DNA of 64,000 nt, taken from NCBI GenBank assembly GCA_027451965.1, contig DAIDHJ010000001.1, positions 424,963 to 488,962 of the forward strand, given 5' to 3'. This document shows, in pieces, positions 44,165-52,962 of the stretch (positions within the stretch are counted from its first letter, which is position 1; each line of letters starts with the position of its first letter). Origin of the DNA: Candidatus Adlerbacteria bacterium (GTDB lineage: Bacteria > Patescibacteriota > Minisyncoccia > Phycocordibacterales > SBAW01). The position numbers were made by a program, and so were the translations under genes. The notes below the pieces were generated by a model. The model ran no database searches. It saw only the letters and a program-made list of their open reading frames with translations, and had not been told where the DNA came from.

Positions 44165-44620
44165 TCATGTTCCTACACGTATAGTCTGAGCATCTATAGT
44201 CCACGAAGATATACCGCCTGCAATAGAGCCGTTGATCATGATAGTATCCCCTTCTCGAAGATTCTCCAAAGACATTATTTCGCCATCCTGCTTCATAAAT
44301 ACCGTACTGGGTGTTACTAGAACGTTCCAATGAAACTGTGTGGCGTCCCATGTCATATCGACCGTCAGTAGGTTGCTTGAAATACTTTGAATGCGAGCTC
44401 CTTTCAAAAATATCAAACCATTATTTGCGATATGCATTTCCAGTACACGGTTACTTTGGGTTGCTGCGATGACCTGATCTACGGCAGCCGCTTTTGGCGG
44501 GGTTTCAAGAACAATAAAGAAAAATACTATTGCAGAAAACATAAAAAAGAGAAATGCACCACCAAAGCCGATGAATAAGAGGGTGTTATGAAAAAATAAT
44601 GAGCGAATCTTTTGAGACAT
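44165..44620 (-). CDS. hypothetical membrane-anchored protein
   Basis: 151 aa with an N-terminal TM helix (LLFIGFGGAFLFFMFSAIVFFFIVL) and a beta-rich extracytoplasmic domain. Confidence 0.45.
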   Translation of the reverse strand: MSQKIRSLFFHNTLLFIGFGGAFLFFMFSAIVFFFIVLETPPKAAAVDQVIAATQSNRVLEMHIANNGLIFLKGARIQSISSNLLTVDMTWDATQFHWNVLVTPSTVFMKQDGEIMSLENLREGDTIMINGSIAGGISSWTIDAQTIRVGT

Positions 44621-44834
44621 AATTTCGAAATGTGTGCAAAAAATGTAACAGAGAAATAGTGTACTTTTGGTGAAAGAAGAGATGCTCCGCTATGCAATAG
44701 AGTCTTTCGCCATCCTGTATATCTCCTAATCAGGGGATAAGGATTTGATTCATTAATTAGTGTGTATACAGATTGACGTATAGCAATACGCATGTAATCC
44801 TAAGGACAGTTGTTTCTCTCAGAAAGGAGGAAGC

Positions 44835-45047
44835 GTGGTTATTCCATACGTGCAAAAATGCACCTACCAGGATGGTATCGTCACTCTCCTCCTCAATGTC
44901 CAGGGCAATAAAAAAGAGGAGCGTGTATATACTAAACAAGCCCTCGAAGAGGTTGTTGCCAATCTTCGCAAGTACTTTCCAGACTATGCCACAGCATTAG
45001 AGGAAGTACTTGTGAAATGGCCTATGCAACCATCTTCGAATGGATAA
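44835..45047 (+). CDS. small hypothetical protein (70 aa)
   Basis: GTG start preceded by AGGAGG 5 nt upstream. Confidence 0.4.
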   Translation: MVIPYVQKCTYQDGIVTLLLNVQGNKKEERVYTKQALEEVVANLRKYFPDYATALEEVLVKWPMQPSSNG

Positions 45048-45197
45048 ATAGATCAAGCTACCGCTTGAGCGGAAATCGTCTGTTTGGGCGGTTTCTGTTT
45101 TCCAGGGAGTGCATAACCTCAATTGACTTTATTTTTATAAAAAAAGACTATTACCTGTAGAAGTTCGCGACATGGTGCGTTAAGGAGGTGATACGCC

Positions 45198-45707
45198 GTG
45201 CGCATGTTGCTCTGTATGCTGTTTTTCCTTCTCCTTCTCTCTCCGTTATCCTCTCTTGCGAATCAGTCACAAGAATCGTTCAACCAGGAAGGATATGGTG
45301 CTTTTTGCGATGCATCTCGGTATACCATCCCGCATCCGCAGGACATTTATCCGCTGTATGTTCCTGGTGTAGAACAATCTGGACAAAGAACACGATTCAT
45401 CATTTCCATGCAAGAAAATGCTTGCGGAGAAAGTGAAACGCTGTGCACGTTTTCGACCGAACGCGCACGAGACGATGCCATGCTGGTTCTTACTCTGGCA
45501 ATTGAAAGAGGTGCAACACACCCTTACATCTTTTGCAGCATCCACGAGGATAGGGTCCATATAAAATCTCGCCAATTCATCGTTGGCGAGATTTTCTTTA
45601 GGAAAGTTCAAGACAAAAGAGCATATTTGTACTCCCTGACACTCCAAAACGAATACCGGCAGCTATTATCACCCTATCCCCTTTCTCCGCCAGTTGTTGT
45701 TCTTTAA
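45198..45707 (+). CDS. hypothetical secreted protein
   Basis: GTG start after SD AAGGAGGTGA. Signal peptide MRMLLCMLFFLLLLSPLSSLA. Its 3' end overlaps the convergent pyk by about 110 nt, so the C-terminal part of the frame may be spurious. Confidence 0.4.
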   Translation: MRMLLCMLFFLLLLSPLSSLANQSQESFNQEGYGAFCDASRYTIPHPQDIYPLYVPGVEQSGQRTRFIISMQENACGESETLCTFSTERARDDAMLVLTLAIERGATHPYIFCSIHEDRVHIKSRQFIVGEIFFRKVQDKRAYLYSLTLQNEYRQLLSPYPLSPPVVVL

Positions 45708-47007
45708 GGAAAGTGGAAATGCGCTCCAATCCCGCATCAAGAGATGGGATAGGATCAATTTGATACGGATATACGCCGGAAACCAGGGTAAGTTTATGTA
45801 CCGTCTGGCGGTGTGGAGTAAGCGCAATAATAGGACACGGCGGATTGAAACGAGCTACCATTTGGGCGGTGGTCCCGGATTCAGTAAGTGCAACAATCAA
45901 TTTCGCCCCTACATCCTGTGCTGCTTGCGTTACCGAAGCACTGATAGCATCCACAACGCTCAGGTGGGTGGATGAAACTTTGGAAAGCGAATGTTCAACG
46001 GTAGAAGCTATACGCGCCATTACAGAAATTGCTTCTTCTGGATATGAACCGAGAGTTGTTTCTTCAGAAAGCATGACTGCATCTGTTCCATCAAAAATCG
46101 CGTTTGCCACATCTGACACCTCTGCACGAGTAGGCACTGGACTATGAATCATTGATTCGAGCATTTGTGTTGCGGTAATGACCGGTTTGCCGAGCATACG
46201 ACACTGTTCAATGATATTTTTCTGATACAGCGGAACCTTTTCTGCAGGAACTTCTATGGCAAGATCTCCCCTTGCCACCATAGCCCCATCCGCTGCGGCA
46301 AGTATCGCCGCTAAATTCTCAATCGATTCCTGCGTCTCTATCTTCGCAATGATGGGCAGATCCACCTCTTTTTCCCGAAGAAGAGTGCGTAGTTCGTCTA
46401 TGTCTTCTACCCGACGGACAAAAGAGAGGGCTATCATATCCACTCCTTCAGCAAGACCGAACAAGAGATCTTCCCGATCCTTTTCGGTGATAGACGGGAT
46501 AGAGAGATGCGCACCAGGAACATTGATACCTCGACGCGGTTTTAATTCCCCTCCTACTATTACTCTACAGACAATGTCATTCCCTTTGACCGAAAGCACT
46601 TGCAGTCGCTTTTTTCCATCATCAACCATGATCACGGATCCTTCATTTACCTCCTGGGGTAATTTCTTGTAGCTGATAGAAATTCTGTTGTTATCCCCAA
46701 TAATATCTTCAGTGGTAAGAATCAGTTGGTCTCCGGGAGTAATGGTGATACGGTCAGAAATATACGTTCCTGTGCGAATCTTTGGACCAGACAAGTCCAG
46801 TAAAATACCGACTGGTATTGAAAAAAGATCGCTTACCTGTCGAATACGTTTAATTCTCTCTCGATGCTCCTCGTGCGTACCGTGACTCATATTGAGACGC
46901 GCCACATTTAGGCCAGCGCGCACCAATTTTTCAAGCATGGGAACCTGTTCCGTACTTGGACCAATTGTGGCCACTATTTTTGTCCGTTTTGTTGAATGTA
47001 TTGACAT
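45598..47007 (-). CDS. pyk: pyruvate kinase
   Basis: 469 aa. RTKIVATIGP, the MVARGDLGIE-equivalent MVARGDLAIEV, and the C-terminal GVSGSTNML are all present. Confidence 0.93.
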   Translation of the reverse strand: MSIHSTKRTKIVATIGPSTEQVPMLEKLVRAGLNVARLNMSHGTHEEHRERIKRIRQVSDLFSIPVGILLDLSGPKIRTGTYISDRITITPGDQLILTTEDIIGDNNRISISYKKLPQEVNEGSVIMVDDGKKRLQVLSVKGNDIVCRVIVGGELKPRRGINVPGAHLSIPSITEKDREDLLFGLAEGVDMIALSFVRRVEDIDELRTLLREKEVDLPIIAKIETQESIENLAAILAAADGAMVARGDLAIEVPAEKVPLYQKNIIEQCRMLGKPVITATQMLESMIHSPVPTRAEVSDVANAIFDGTDAVMLSEETTLGSYPEEAISVMARIASTVEHSLSKVSSTHLSVVDAISASVTQAAQDVGAKLIVALTESGTTAQMVARFNPPCPIIALTPHRQTVHKLTLVSGVYPYQIDPIPSLDAGLERISTFLKEQQLAEKGDRVIIAAGIRFGVSGSTNMLFCLELS

Positions 47008-47069
47008 ACTGATACTTACTAATGAAACAAGCCTCCTAGTAGCTAGGAAGCTTGTTATCAGAAATACAA

Positions 47070-47786
47070 TTATTTACCTGCAAGCGCAGCGTCTACTGCC
47101 GATTTTATTTGCGCATACGGAACCGCTCCTGAAACCAATTGGGTGCCGATCACCATAGCAGGAGTTCCTGAGATACCGTAAGAAGTGCCTTGCGATTTAT
47201 CCGCATCCATTTGCTGTTGATAGGTCGCTCCGTTTGCACTTACGAGTTGAGCAACTTTTGCTGTATCGGATGCGCCCAAGACAGTGGTAGTAATAGCGAG
47301 AATTTTTGCTTGCGTTGCCCATCCCGTATTCTCGGTTCCTTGATTGTCGAATATTGCCTTGTGCCATTGATAGAACTGACCTGGAGCAACAGCCCATACC
47401 GCACGAGCATACTTACCCAATGTCTGAGAATCTGTTCCAAGAAATGCATAATCCTTGAATACCAATTTCACTTTTCCGGTATTCACATAATCTGCAACCA
47501 GTTGAGGAATGCTATTTTCTTCATCTTGCTGGCAGAATGGACACTGGTAATCAAACCAGTAATCAATAGTCAAAGGAGCATTTGGATTACCAATGAACGG
47601 GTCTCCAGTAGTGGTTATTTTACTACTGTCTACTGCTACTGTATTTCCTTGCGGAGGTACAGTTACCGTATTCCCCGTTGAAGGCATATTGTTTTTGGTA
47701 TTTGTCCAAATAATGGCAAGGCCGATAACGAGTCCTGCGATCACGATGGCTACAGGCAATGAAAGTGTACGAGATGATGGTTCCAT
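47070..47786 (-). CDS. DsbA-like thiol:disulfide oxidoreductase (membrane-anchored)
   Basis: 238 aa. N-terminal TM helix and a thioredoxin-fold CxxC (YQCPFCQQ). Confidence 0.75.
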   Translation of the reverse strand: MEPSSRTLSLPVAIVIAGLVIGLAIIWTNTKNNMPSTGNTVTVPPQGNTVAVDSSKITTTGDPFIGNPNAPLTIDYWFDYQCPFCQQDEENSIPQLVADYVNTGKVKLVFKDYAFLGTDSQTLGKYARAVWAVAPGQFYQWHKAIFDNQGTENTGWATQAKILAITTTVLGASDTAKVAQLVSANGATYQQQMDADKSQGTSYGISGTPAMVIGTQLVSGAVPYAQIKSAVDAALAGK

Positions 47787-48000
47787 AAAAACTCAAGTAA
47801 AAATAATAACGGTTACCAGTATAGCATTCTTTCTATTGCTTGAGGGAAACCTTTTTACCACACCACGGGCAAAACCATTCTGATCGTGTGACCGGAGCAT
47901 CTCCAATAGTCCACCATTTATTACAATACCTACACTGAAAATGACTGAGAATTTCTATCGTTTTATATGATACGTCTTTCATTGAAAATAATTAAAACAT

Positions 48001-48025
48001 AAACGGCGTCCAATGGACGCCGTTT
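48001..48025. promoter_or_regulatory. perfect 11-bp hairpin in the NRAMP upstream region (terminator-like on minus strand)
   Basis: AAACGGCGTCCAATGGACGCCGTTT. On the minus strand it is followed by a T-rich tract. Further nested inverted repeats (GAGGGTTA...TAACCCTC) lie 48036-48075 in the 190-nt leader of the NRAMP gene. Confidence 0.4.
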
Positions 48026-48215
48026 ACCCCCAGAGGGTTAGTCTGAGGAAGATCGTGATCACCTCCTTAACCCTCAGTGGATAAAGAAGAATGATTTACA
48101 AACATTTTTCCCTCCCTTCTTTCGCTAATCTCTCATAAATTATAGGTATAAGCAATATATGAATGTGGAAATTATGCTTAAAAAATAAGAGACAAACCAA
48201 TGATACACTACGAGT

Positions 48216-49487
48216 ATGCCCAAACGGCAATCTTTTCTAAAGAAACTACTAGGTGCATTAGGACCTGGATTCATCACGGGAGCAGCCGATGATGATCCAT
48301 CTGGAATTGCTACCTATTCCCAAACAGGCGTACTGTTTGGGTTTTCTCAATTATGGGTAGCGTTGTTTTCTTACCCATTCATGACCGTTATCCAAGAGAT
48401 GTGCGGGCGTATCGGTATGGTAACAGGCATGGGACTTGCGGGAGTGATTAGAAAGGAGTATTCAAAGAAAATCCTTGCACTCAGCGTACTGTTACTTCTG
48501 ATTGCAAATACTATCAATATCGGAGCTGATCTCGGAGCTATGGCAAGCTCTGTACAATTGCTTCTTCCCATTCCGTTTATTGTGTTACTTATCGGTATCA
48601 CGATTTTCACTCTCTTTCTTGAGGTGTTAGTACCCTACCCAACCTATGCGCGATATCTCAAATATCTCACTCTTTCTTTGTTGGCATATGTTATTACCGC
48701 ATTCGTAATCAAAGAGAATTGGAGTGTAATCCTACATTCCACCTTCGTCCCTCATATCGTTTGGTCAAAGGCATATCTCATGAACATAGCCGCATTCCTC
48801 GGAACAACTATTTCTCCTTATCTCTTTTTTTGGCAAGCAGATGAGGAGGTCGAGGAAGAGATAGTGCACCATCAAATCAGAGGGATGGGAAAAGGTATTC
48901 CCAAAGTACGGCCTGCCGACCTGCAGCAAATGCGGATAGATACAGCGGCAGGCATGTTCTTTTCGGAATTTATTACCTTTTTTATCATTGTCACTGTAGC
49001 ATCTGCACTGGGCACCACTGGAGTCACGATCAATACCGCCGCCGATGCAGCGAGCGCCCTGCGTCCTCTTGCCGGCAATTTTGCATTTCTGCTTTTTACG
49101 TTAGGTATCTTGGGCACAGGATTACTTGCAGTGCCAACTCTCGCCGGTTCTGCAGCGTACGCACTCAGCGAAACATTCAACTGGAGCGTTGGACTGAGTA
49201 AAAAATTTAAAGAAGCTCATGGATTTTACGGAATCATCACTCTTTCCATGCTCGTTGGACTTTTGGTCAATTTTACTCCTATCGGGTCTATCACCATGCT
49301 CTACTACGCGGCAATGCTCAATGGCGTGCTTGCTCCGCCTCTTATGATCTTAATTTTATGCATAGCGAACAATAAAAAAATTCTTGGCGCTCGAGTGAAT
49401 TCGCCACTCTCCAACTGGTTAGGCTGGTTTGTAACCATCATTATGAGTGCCGTAGCCATAGGGTTGCTCATTAGTCTTTTCCCATAA
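48216..49487 (+). CDS. mntH: NRAMP family divalent metal (Mn2+/Fe2+) transporter
   Basis: 423 aa. GPGFITGAADDDPSGIATYSQTG matches the NRAMP signature GPGFLxxxxxxDPGN. Eleven to twelve TM helices. Confidence 0.8.
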   Translation: MPKRQSFLKKLLGALGPGFITGAADDDPSGIATYSQTGVLFGFSQLWVALFSYPFMTVIQEMCGRIGMVTGMGLAGVIRKEYSKKILALSVLLLLIANTINIGADLGAMASSVQLLLPIPFIVLLIGITIFTLFLEVLVPYPTYARYLKYLTLSLLAYVITAFVIKENWSVILHSTFVPHIVWSKAYLMNIAAFLGTTISPYLFFWQADEEVEEEIVHHQIRGMGKGIPKVRPADLQQMRIDTAAGMFFSEFITFFIIVTVASALGTTGVTINTAADAASALRPLAGNFAFLLFTLGILGTGLLAVPTLAGSAAYALSETFNWSVGLSKKFKEAHGFYGIITLSMLVGLLVNFTPIGSITMLYYAAMLNGVLAPPLMILILCIANNKKILGARVNSPLSNWLGWFVTIIMSAVAIGLLISLFP

Positions 49488-49578
49488 CGTACCCTTATAT
49501 AAAATGTAGGAAAGACTTTTTTGAGATTTCTCTCCTACCTTATATACTTTCTATATTACTCACATTAAGTAATAGACA

Positions 49579-50004
49579 ATGGTAAAACATATTCTCATCA
49601 CAGGTGCTATGGTTGGAATGCTTGTTACAGCACTTCCTGCATTTGCTCAGACCACAACCAGTAACAGTACGAAAGTTGCATGTATTTCAGCAGCAGTAAG
49701 CACTCGTGAAGCGGCACTTGGTGCGGCAATGACCACATTTACGTCGGCAGAAAATAACGCATATAGCGCACGCGCAACCGCATTGCAGCAGGCATATGCA
49801 CAAACGGGAGGTAACGGCGCTATTCGCAGTGCTGTACGAAGTGCATGGAACGCGTTCAGAAGTTCTCTACGATCAGCACGCTCTGCATGGAGAACTGCCC
49901 GCAACAGCGCTTGGTCTAGCTTCAGAGCATCAGCAAAAGCATGCAAAGCACCGGCTTCTGTATCGGATACTGCCAATGCTGCAAGTGATGTAAGTGGAAA
50001 CTAG
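49579..50004 (+). CDS. secreted Ala/Ser/Arg-rich repeat protein
   Basis: 141 aa. Signal peptide MVKHILITGAMVGMLVTALPAFA, then tandem RSAW-type repeats (RSAVRSAWNAFRSSLRSARSAWRTARNSAWSSFRAS). Confidence 0.45.
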   Translation: MVKHILITGAMVGMLVTALPAFAQTTTSNSTKVACISAAVSTREAALGAAMTTFTSAENNAYSARATALQQAYAQTGGNGAIRSAVRSAWNAFRSSLRSARSAWRTARNSAWSSFRASAKACKAPASVSDTANAASDVSGN

Positions 50005-50023
50005 TTGATTCTCAATAGCAAAT

Positions 50024-50052
50024 AAAAAAGCGCCTACAATGGCGCTTTTTTA
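50024..50052. terminator. bidirectional rho-independent terminator
   Basis: AAAAAAGCGCC-TACAAT-GGCGCTTTTTT, flanked by A-run and T-run. It serves the convergent 49579 gene (+) and the SET gene (-). Confidence 0.7.
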
Positions 50053-50457
50053 TTTCTTACACCCATTACAGCGACATCCTTTTGGTTTAATGTATGCTTC
50101 AAAATATTCAGTATCGTAATCATAGGAAAGTTCCTCTCCGGCACGAATATTTCTTTTGGCCATTACATATACTCTTCCGCCCCAAATGTCTATTTCGCAA
50201 TTCGGTTTGCAAGAATGATTGATATACCGGGCAGTATTGCTTCGCATGGAACCATCTATGGTTTTTTTCTTACTTATCTCAAAGAGGTATTTGCTTCTTG
50301 TTTTATCAAGTTCTTCCGGAGAAAGCACTTTTCCTTGATATTCAATAATACACATTCCTCGAGCAATAGGATCGAGAGTGAATAACCCCAACCCACTACT
50401 TGCAGATCGTCGAACAACTAAGTGATAGTTTCCTGGAAGAAATTTTCGTTTTCTCAT
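50050..50457 (-). CDS. SET domain protein (putative protein lysine methyltransferase)
   Basis: 135 aa. GLGLFTLDPIARGMCIIEYQG, RYINHSCKPNC, GEELSYDY and the post-SET CRCNGC are canonical SET/post-SET motifs. Confidence 0.85.
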   Translation of the reverse strand: MRKRKFLPGNYHLVVRRSASSGLGLFTLDPIARGMCIIEYQGKVLSPEELDKTRSKYLFEISKKKTIDGSMRSNTARYINHSCKPNCEIDIWGGRVYVMAKRNIRAGEELSYDYDTEYFEAYIKPKGCRCNGCKK

Positions 50458-50848
50458 GTGTATCGTTTCGATAGATGACGTAATGATGTATTACAAAGAA
50501 ACAGTATACGGTAAAAAACATTATTCGTTATACACATATCACCCACGCACGATAATTAATCGTTTCTGAAATACAAAATGTACAGGCTCCGCTTAGCGAG
50601 GAGTAGACATTCGATGCATGCAAGGAATGCACGTGTGCTGCTGAGAGCGAGTCTTGAGATATCGATTCCCGCATGTGCACACCAGAATATTTGTCTTGTG
50701 AGGTTTTTCAATCCACTTTCCTTCCGACTGATATGTCTTTGTCGGTGCTTGCAGCGGCGTGCGAGATGAAGTTTTGATAGGTTTTTCTTTCATATGATTC
50801 ATATCCGAAAAATACTATAATAATATGTAAACAATAGTATGTCAATAG

Positions 50849-52228
50849 ATGCAGAGAGCACGGTATAATGACATCTGTATGTCAACCCAGGAACAGACTG
50901 CACCACTCATAGTTGTTGCATTTGGAATCACCGGAGATTTAATGAGACACAAGATTCTTCCTGCACTGTTTTCTCTATATGCTGGAGGTTCTATTCCTCA
51001 ATTGGTTCGTATTGTAGGAGTATCCCGCCAGTCCTGGAGCAGCACTCAATTACAAACATATGTAGCAACCGTCATACAAGAAGCATTTCCTTCCCTTTCT
51101 CACATACCCGATTCCTTTTTACATTTGTTTTATTTTCAGCAAGCAGATGTCTATGACGATCAGAGTTATGAGGCTTTTGCAAAAACACTACAGTATGACA
51201 GTCCTTGCAACATCCTGTTTTACCTTTCTATCGCTCCTGAACTGTATGAACCAACTCTGCGCCGTATTTCTCAACTATCACGAAAGCACGGAGAAAATGA
51301 TGCCTTTTGGACACGAATCCTTATAGAAAAGCCTTTTGGACACGACCTCATGAGCGCGCAAGCGCTGCAGCAAGTTATCCAAGGCACGTTTGATACCCGA
51401 CAAATATATTTGGTAGATCACTACCTACAGAAACCTATTTCGAGACAGCTGACAGCATTCCGTCAAGCACATCCTGAACTTGAATCTATATGGAACAAAG
51501 AACACATTGCAGAGATCTCCATACGATTATGGGAAACGATAGGAGTTGAAAAGCGCGCCACTTTTTACGACCAGACAGGAGCGCTTAGGGATGTCGGGCA
51601 GAACCATGTGATGCAATTACTTGCTCTCATTACTATGGACCTGCCCGAACAAATCAGTTCCTTACCGCAGAATCGAGTTGCTGTAATAGAGCAACTTGCC
51701 CTCATCCCTACGGAACGCATGCACGAACATACATACCATGCACAGTATCGTACTTATAGAGAAGAAATACACATGCCATCATCACGCACAGAAACCTATT
51801 TTGCTCTACATACCGGAATAGATTCTCCCCGATGGAGAGGAACACGAATACTGGTAGATGCAGGAAAGCGTTTACCGGAAGTACAGAAGTACATACATGT
51901 ACAGTTCAAAAAGAGCGAATTTGTAGAAATAAAACAAAATATTGTACCTGTCCAGTCTATACAATTTCTGCTTGAAGGACAGGAGGTAATCCTTAATGAT
52001 TCACACCATCCTATGTGGTCGGCATCAATGGAGCATACCGATTATGAAAACATCATACTCGATTGTATTCGAGGAGATCAGACATTTTTTGTGAGCATGC
52101 AAGAAATTCTTGCTTCATGGAATTTTGTCGACCCTATAGAGCGATCTTGGGACCAACAGATTCCGCCTCTTGCCTCATATGAGCCAGGGAGTGCCGCGTT
52201 GCTTCCTGCGCCGCTACAACAGAAATAG
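50849..52228 (+). CDS. zwf: glucose-6-phosphate 1-dehydrogenase
   Basis: 459 aa. VVAFGITGDLMRHKILPAL (NADP site), IEKPFGHD and LVDHYLQK (active-site RIDHYLGK equivalent). Confidence 0.92.
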   Translation: MQRARYNDICMSTQEQTAPLIVVAFGITGDLMRHKILPALFSLYAGGSIPQLVRIVGVSRQSWSSTQLQTYVATVIQEAFPSLSHIPDSFLHLFYFQQADVYDDQSYEAFAKTLQYDSPCNILFYLSIAPELYEPTLRRISQLSRKHGENDAFWTRILIEKPFGHDLMSAQALQQVIQGTFDTRQIYLVDHYLQKPISRQLTAFRQAHPELESIWNKEHIAEISIRLWETIGVEKRATFYDQTGALRDVGQNHVMQLLALITMDLPEQISSLPQNRVAVIEQLALIPTERMHEHTYHAQYRTYREEIHMPSSRTETYFALHTGIDSPRWRGTRILVDAGKRLPEVQKYIHVQFKKSEFVEIKQNIVPVQSIQFLLEGQEVILNDSHHPMWSASMEHTDYENIILDCIRGDQTFFVSMQEILASWNFVDPIERSWDQQIPPLASYEPGSAALLPAPLQQK

Positions 52229-52241
52229 TTTTGGATAATTT

Positions 52242-52847
52242 TTATTCCTGATACTCGCTATATTTCCGGATAAACCAATTTCGAATATGTTCTTCAAAGA
52301 AGATAATAAGAAGAAAGGCAGACAAATACACAATAATGAGCACGGTGCGCAGCCATAGATTTGCTGTTTGTAAAAAAGAATAGCCGAGCAGAAATCCGAG
52401 AGACAACAGTACGCCGCTCCAGATGAACTGACCAAGGATATTTATTACCAAATAGCGACCGAACGGGATACGAGCAAGGCCGGCGGTAAAAATAGTCACG
52501 ATAGAGAAACCAAGACCCATGGTAACTTTGGAGAGAAATAAAATAACATTGGTATGAGCTCGAAATAGACGTTTCACTACCTCGATATGCAAGTCGGATA
52601 TGCCTACGTACTTCCCCCATTGCCGCACGAATCGCTCTCCAGAGCGATATCCAATCCAATACCACACCACATCTCCAATAAGTTCTCCTAACATGAGCGC
52701 TCCATATGTGGGAAATAGTTCCAGAAACCGCAATCGAACCAAGGAACCAGCAAACAGAGAGATGATAGGACCGCCAAAAAGAGCTGCGGGTACGAGCACT
52801 ACATACCGATAGTGCATAATAAGATGTCCGAGAAATGCTAGTAGCAT
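52242..52847 (-). CDS. DedA family (VTT domain) membrane protein
   Basis: 201 aa with the DedA/SNARE-associated motif FGGPIISLFAGSLVRL...GELIGDVVWYWIGY. Confidence 0.75.
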   Translation of the reverse strand: MLLAFLGHLIMHYRYVVLVPAALFGGPIISLFAGSLVRLRFLELFPTYGALMLGELIGDVVWYWIGYRSGERFVRQWGKYVGISDLHIEVVKRLFRAHTNVILFLSKVTMGLGFSIVTIFTAGLARIPFGRYLVINILGQFIWSGVLLSLGFLLGYSFLQTANLWLRTVLIIVYLSAFLLIIFFEEHIRNWFIRKYSEYQE

Positions 52848-52962
52848 GATTAAATGAAAAAGCAGGGTATGCCGTCAGAAATCGCTTCGTACAGAGTCAT
52901 ATTCTGAGTGTTATACCATTTTTCATCATTTAGACCAATAAAAAATAAAAAGCGAAGCAACC

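Noticed and set aside
48027-48215. yybP-ykoY Mn2+ riboswitch call upstream of the NRAMP gene
   Set aside because: Context fits, but I could not identify the conserved riboswitch loop sequences by eye. Reported only as an unclassified structured leader.
50458-50848. 390-bp intergenic region between the SET gene and zwf, with a 69-aa Cys-containing ORF (50593-50802, minus) and a possible structured RNA
   Set aside because: The C-x-C...C-x2-C ORF lacks an SD and a convincing promoter. I could not recognise 6S, SRP, RNase P or tmRNA signatures. It is probably just divergent promoter space. An Rfam scan would settle it.
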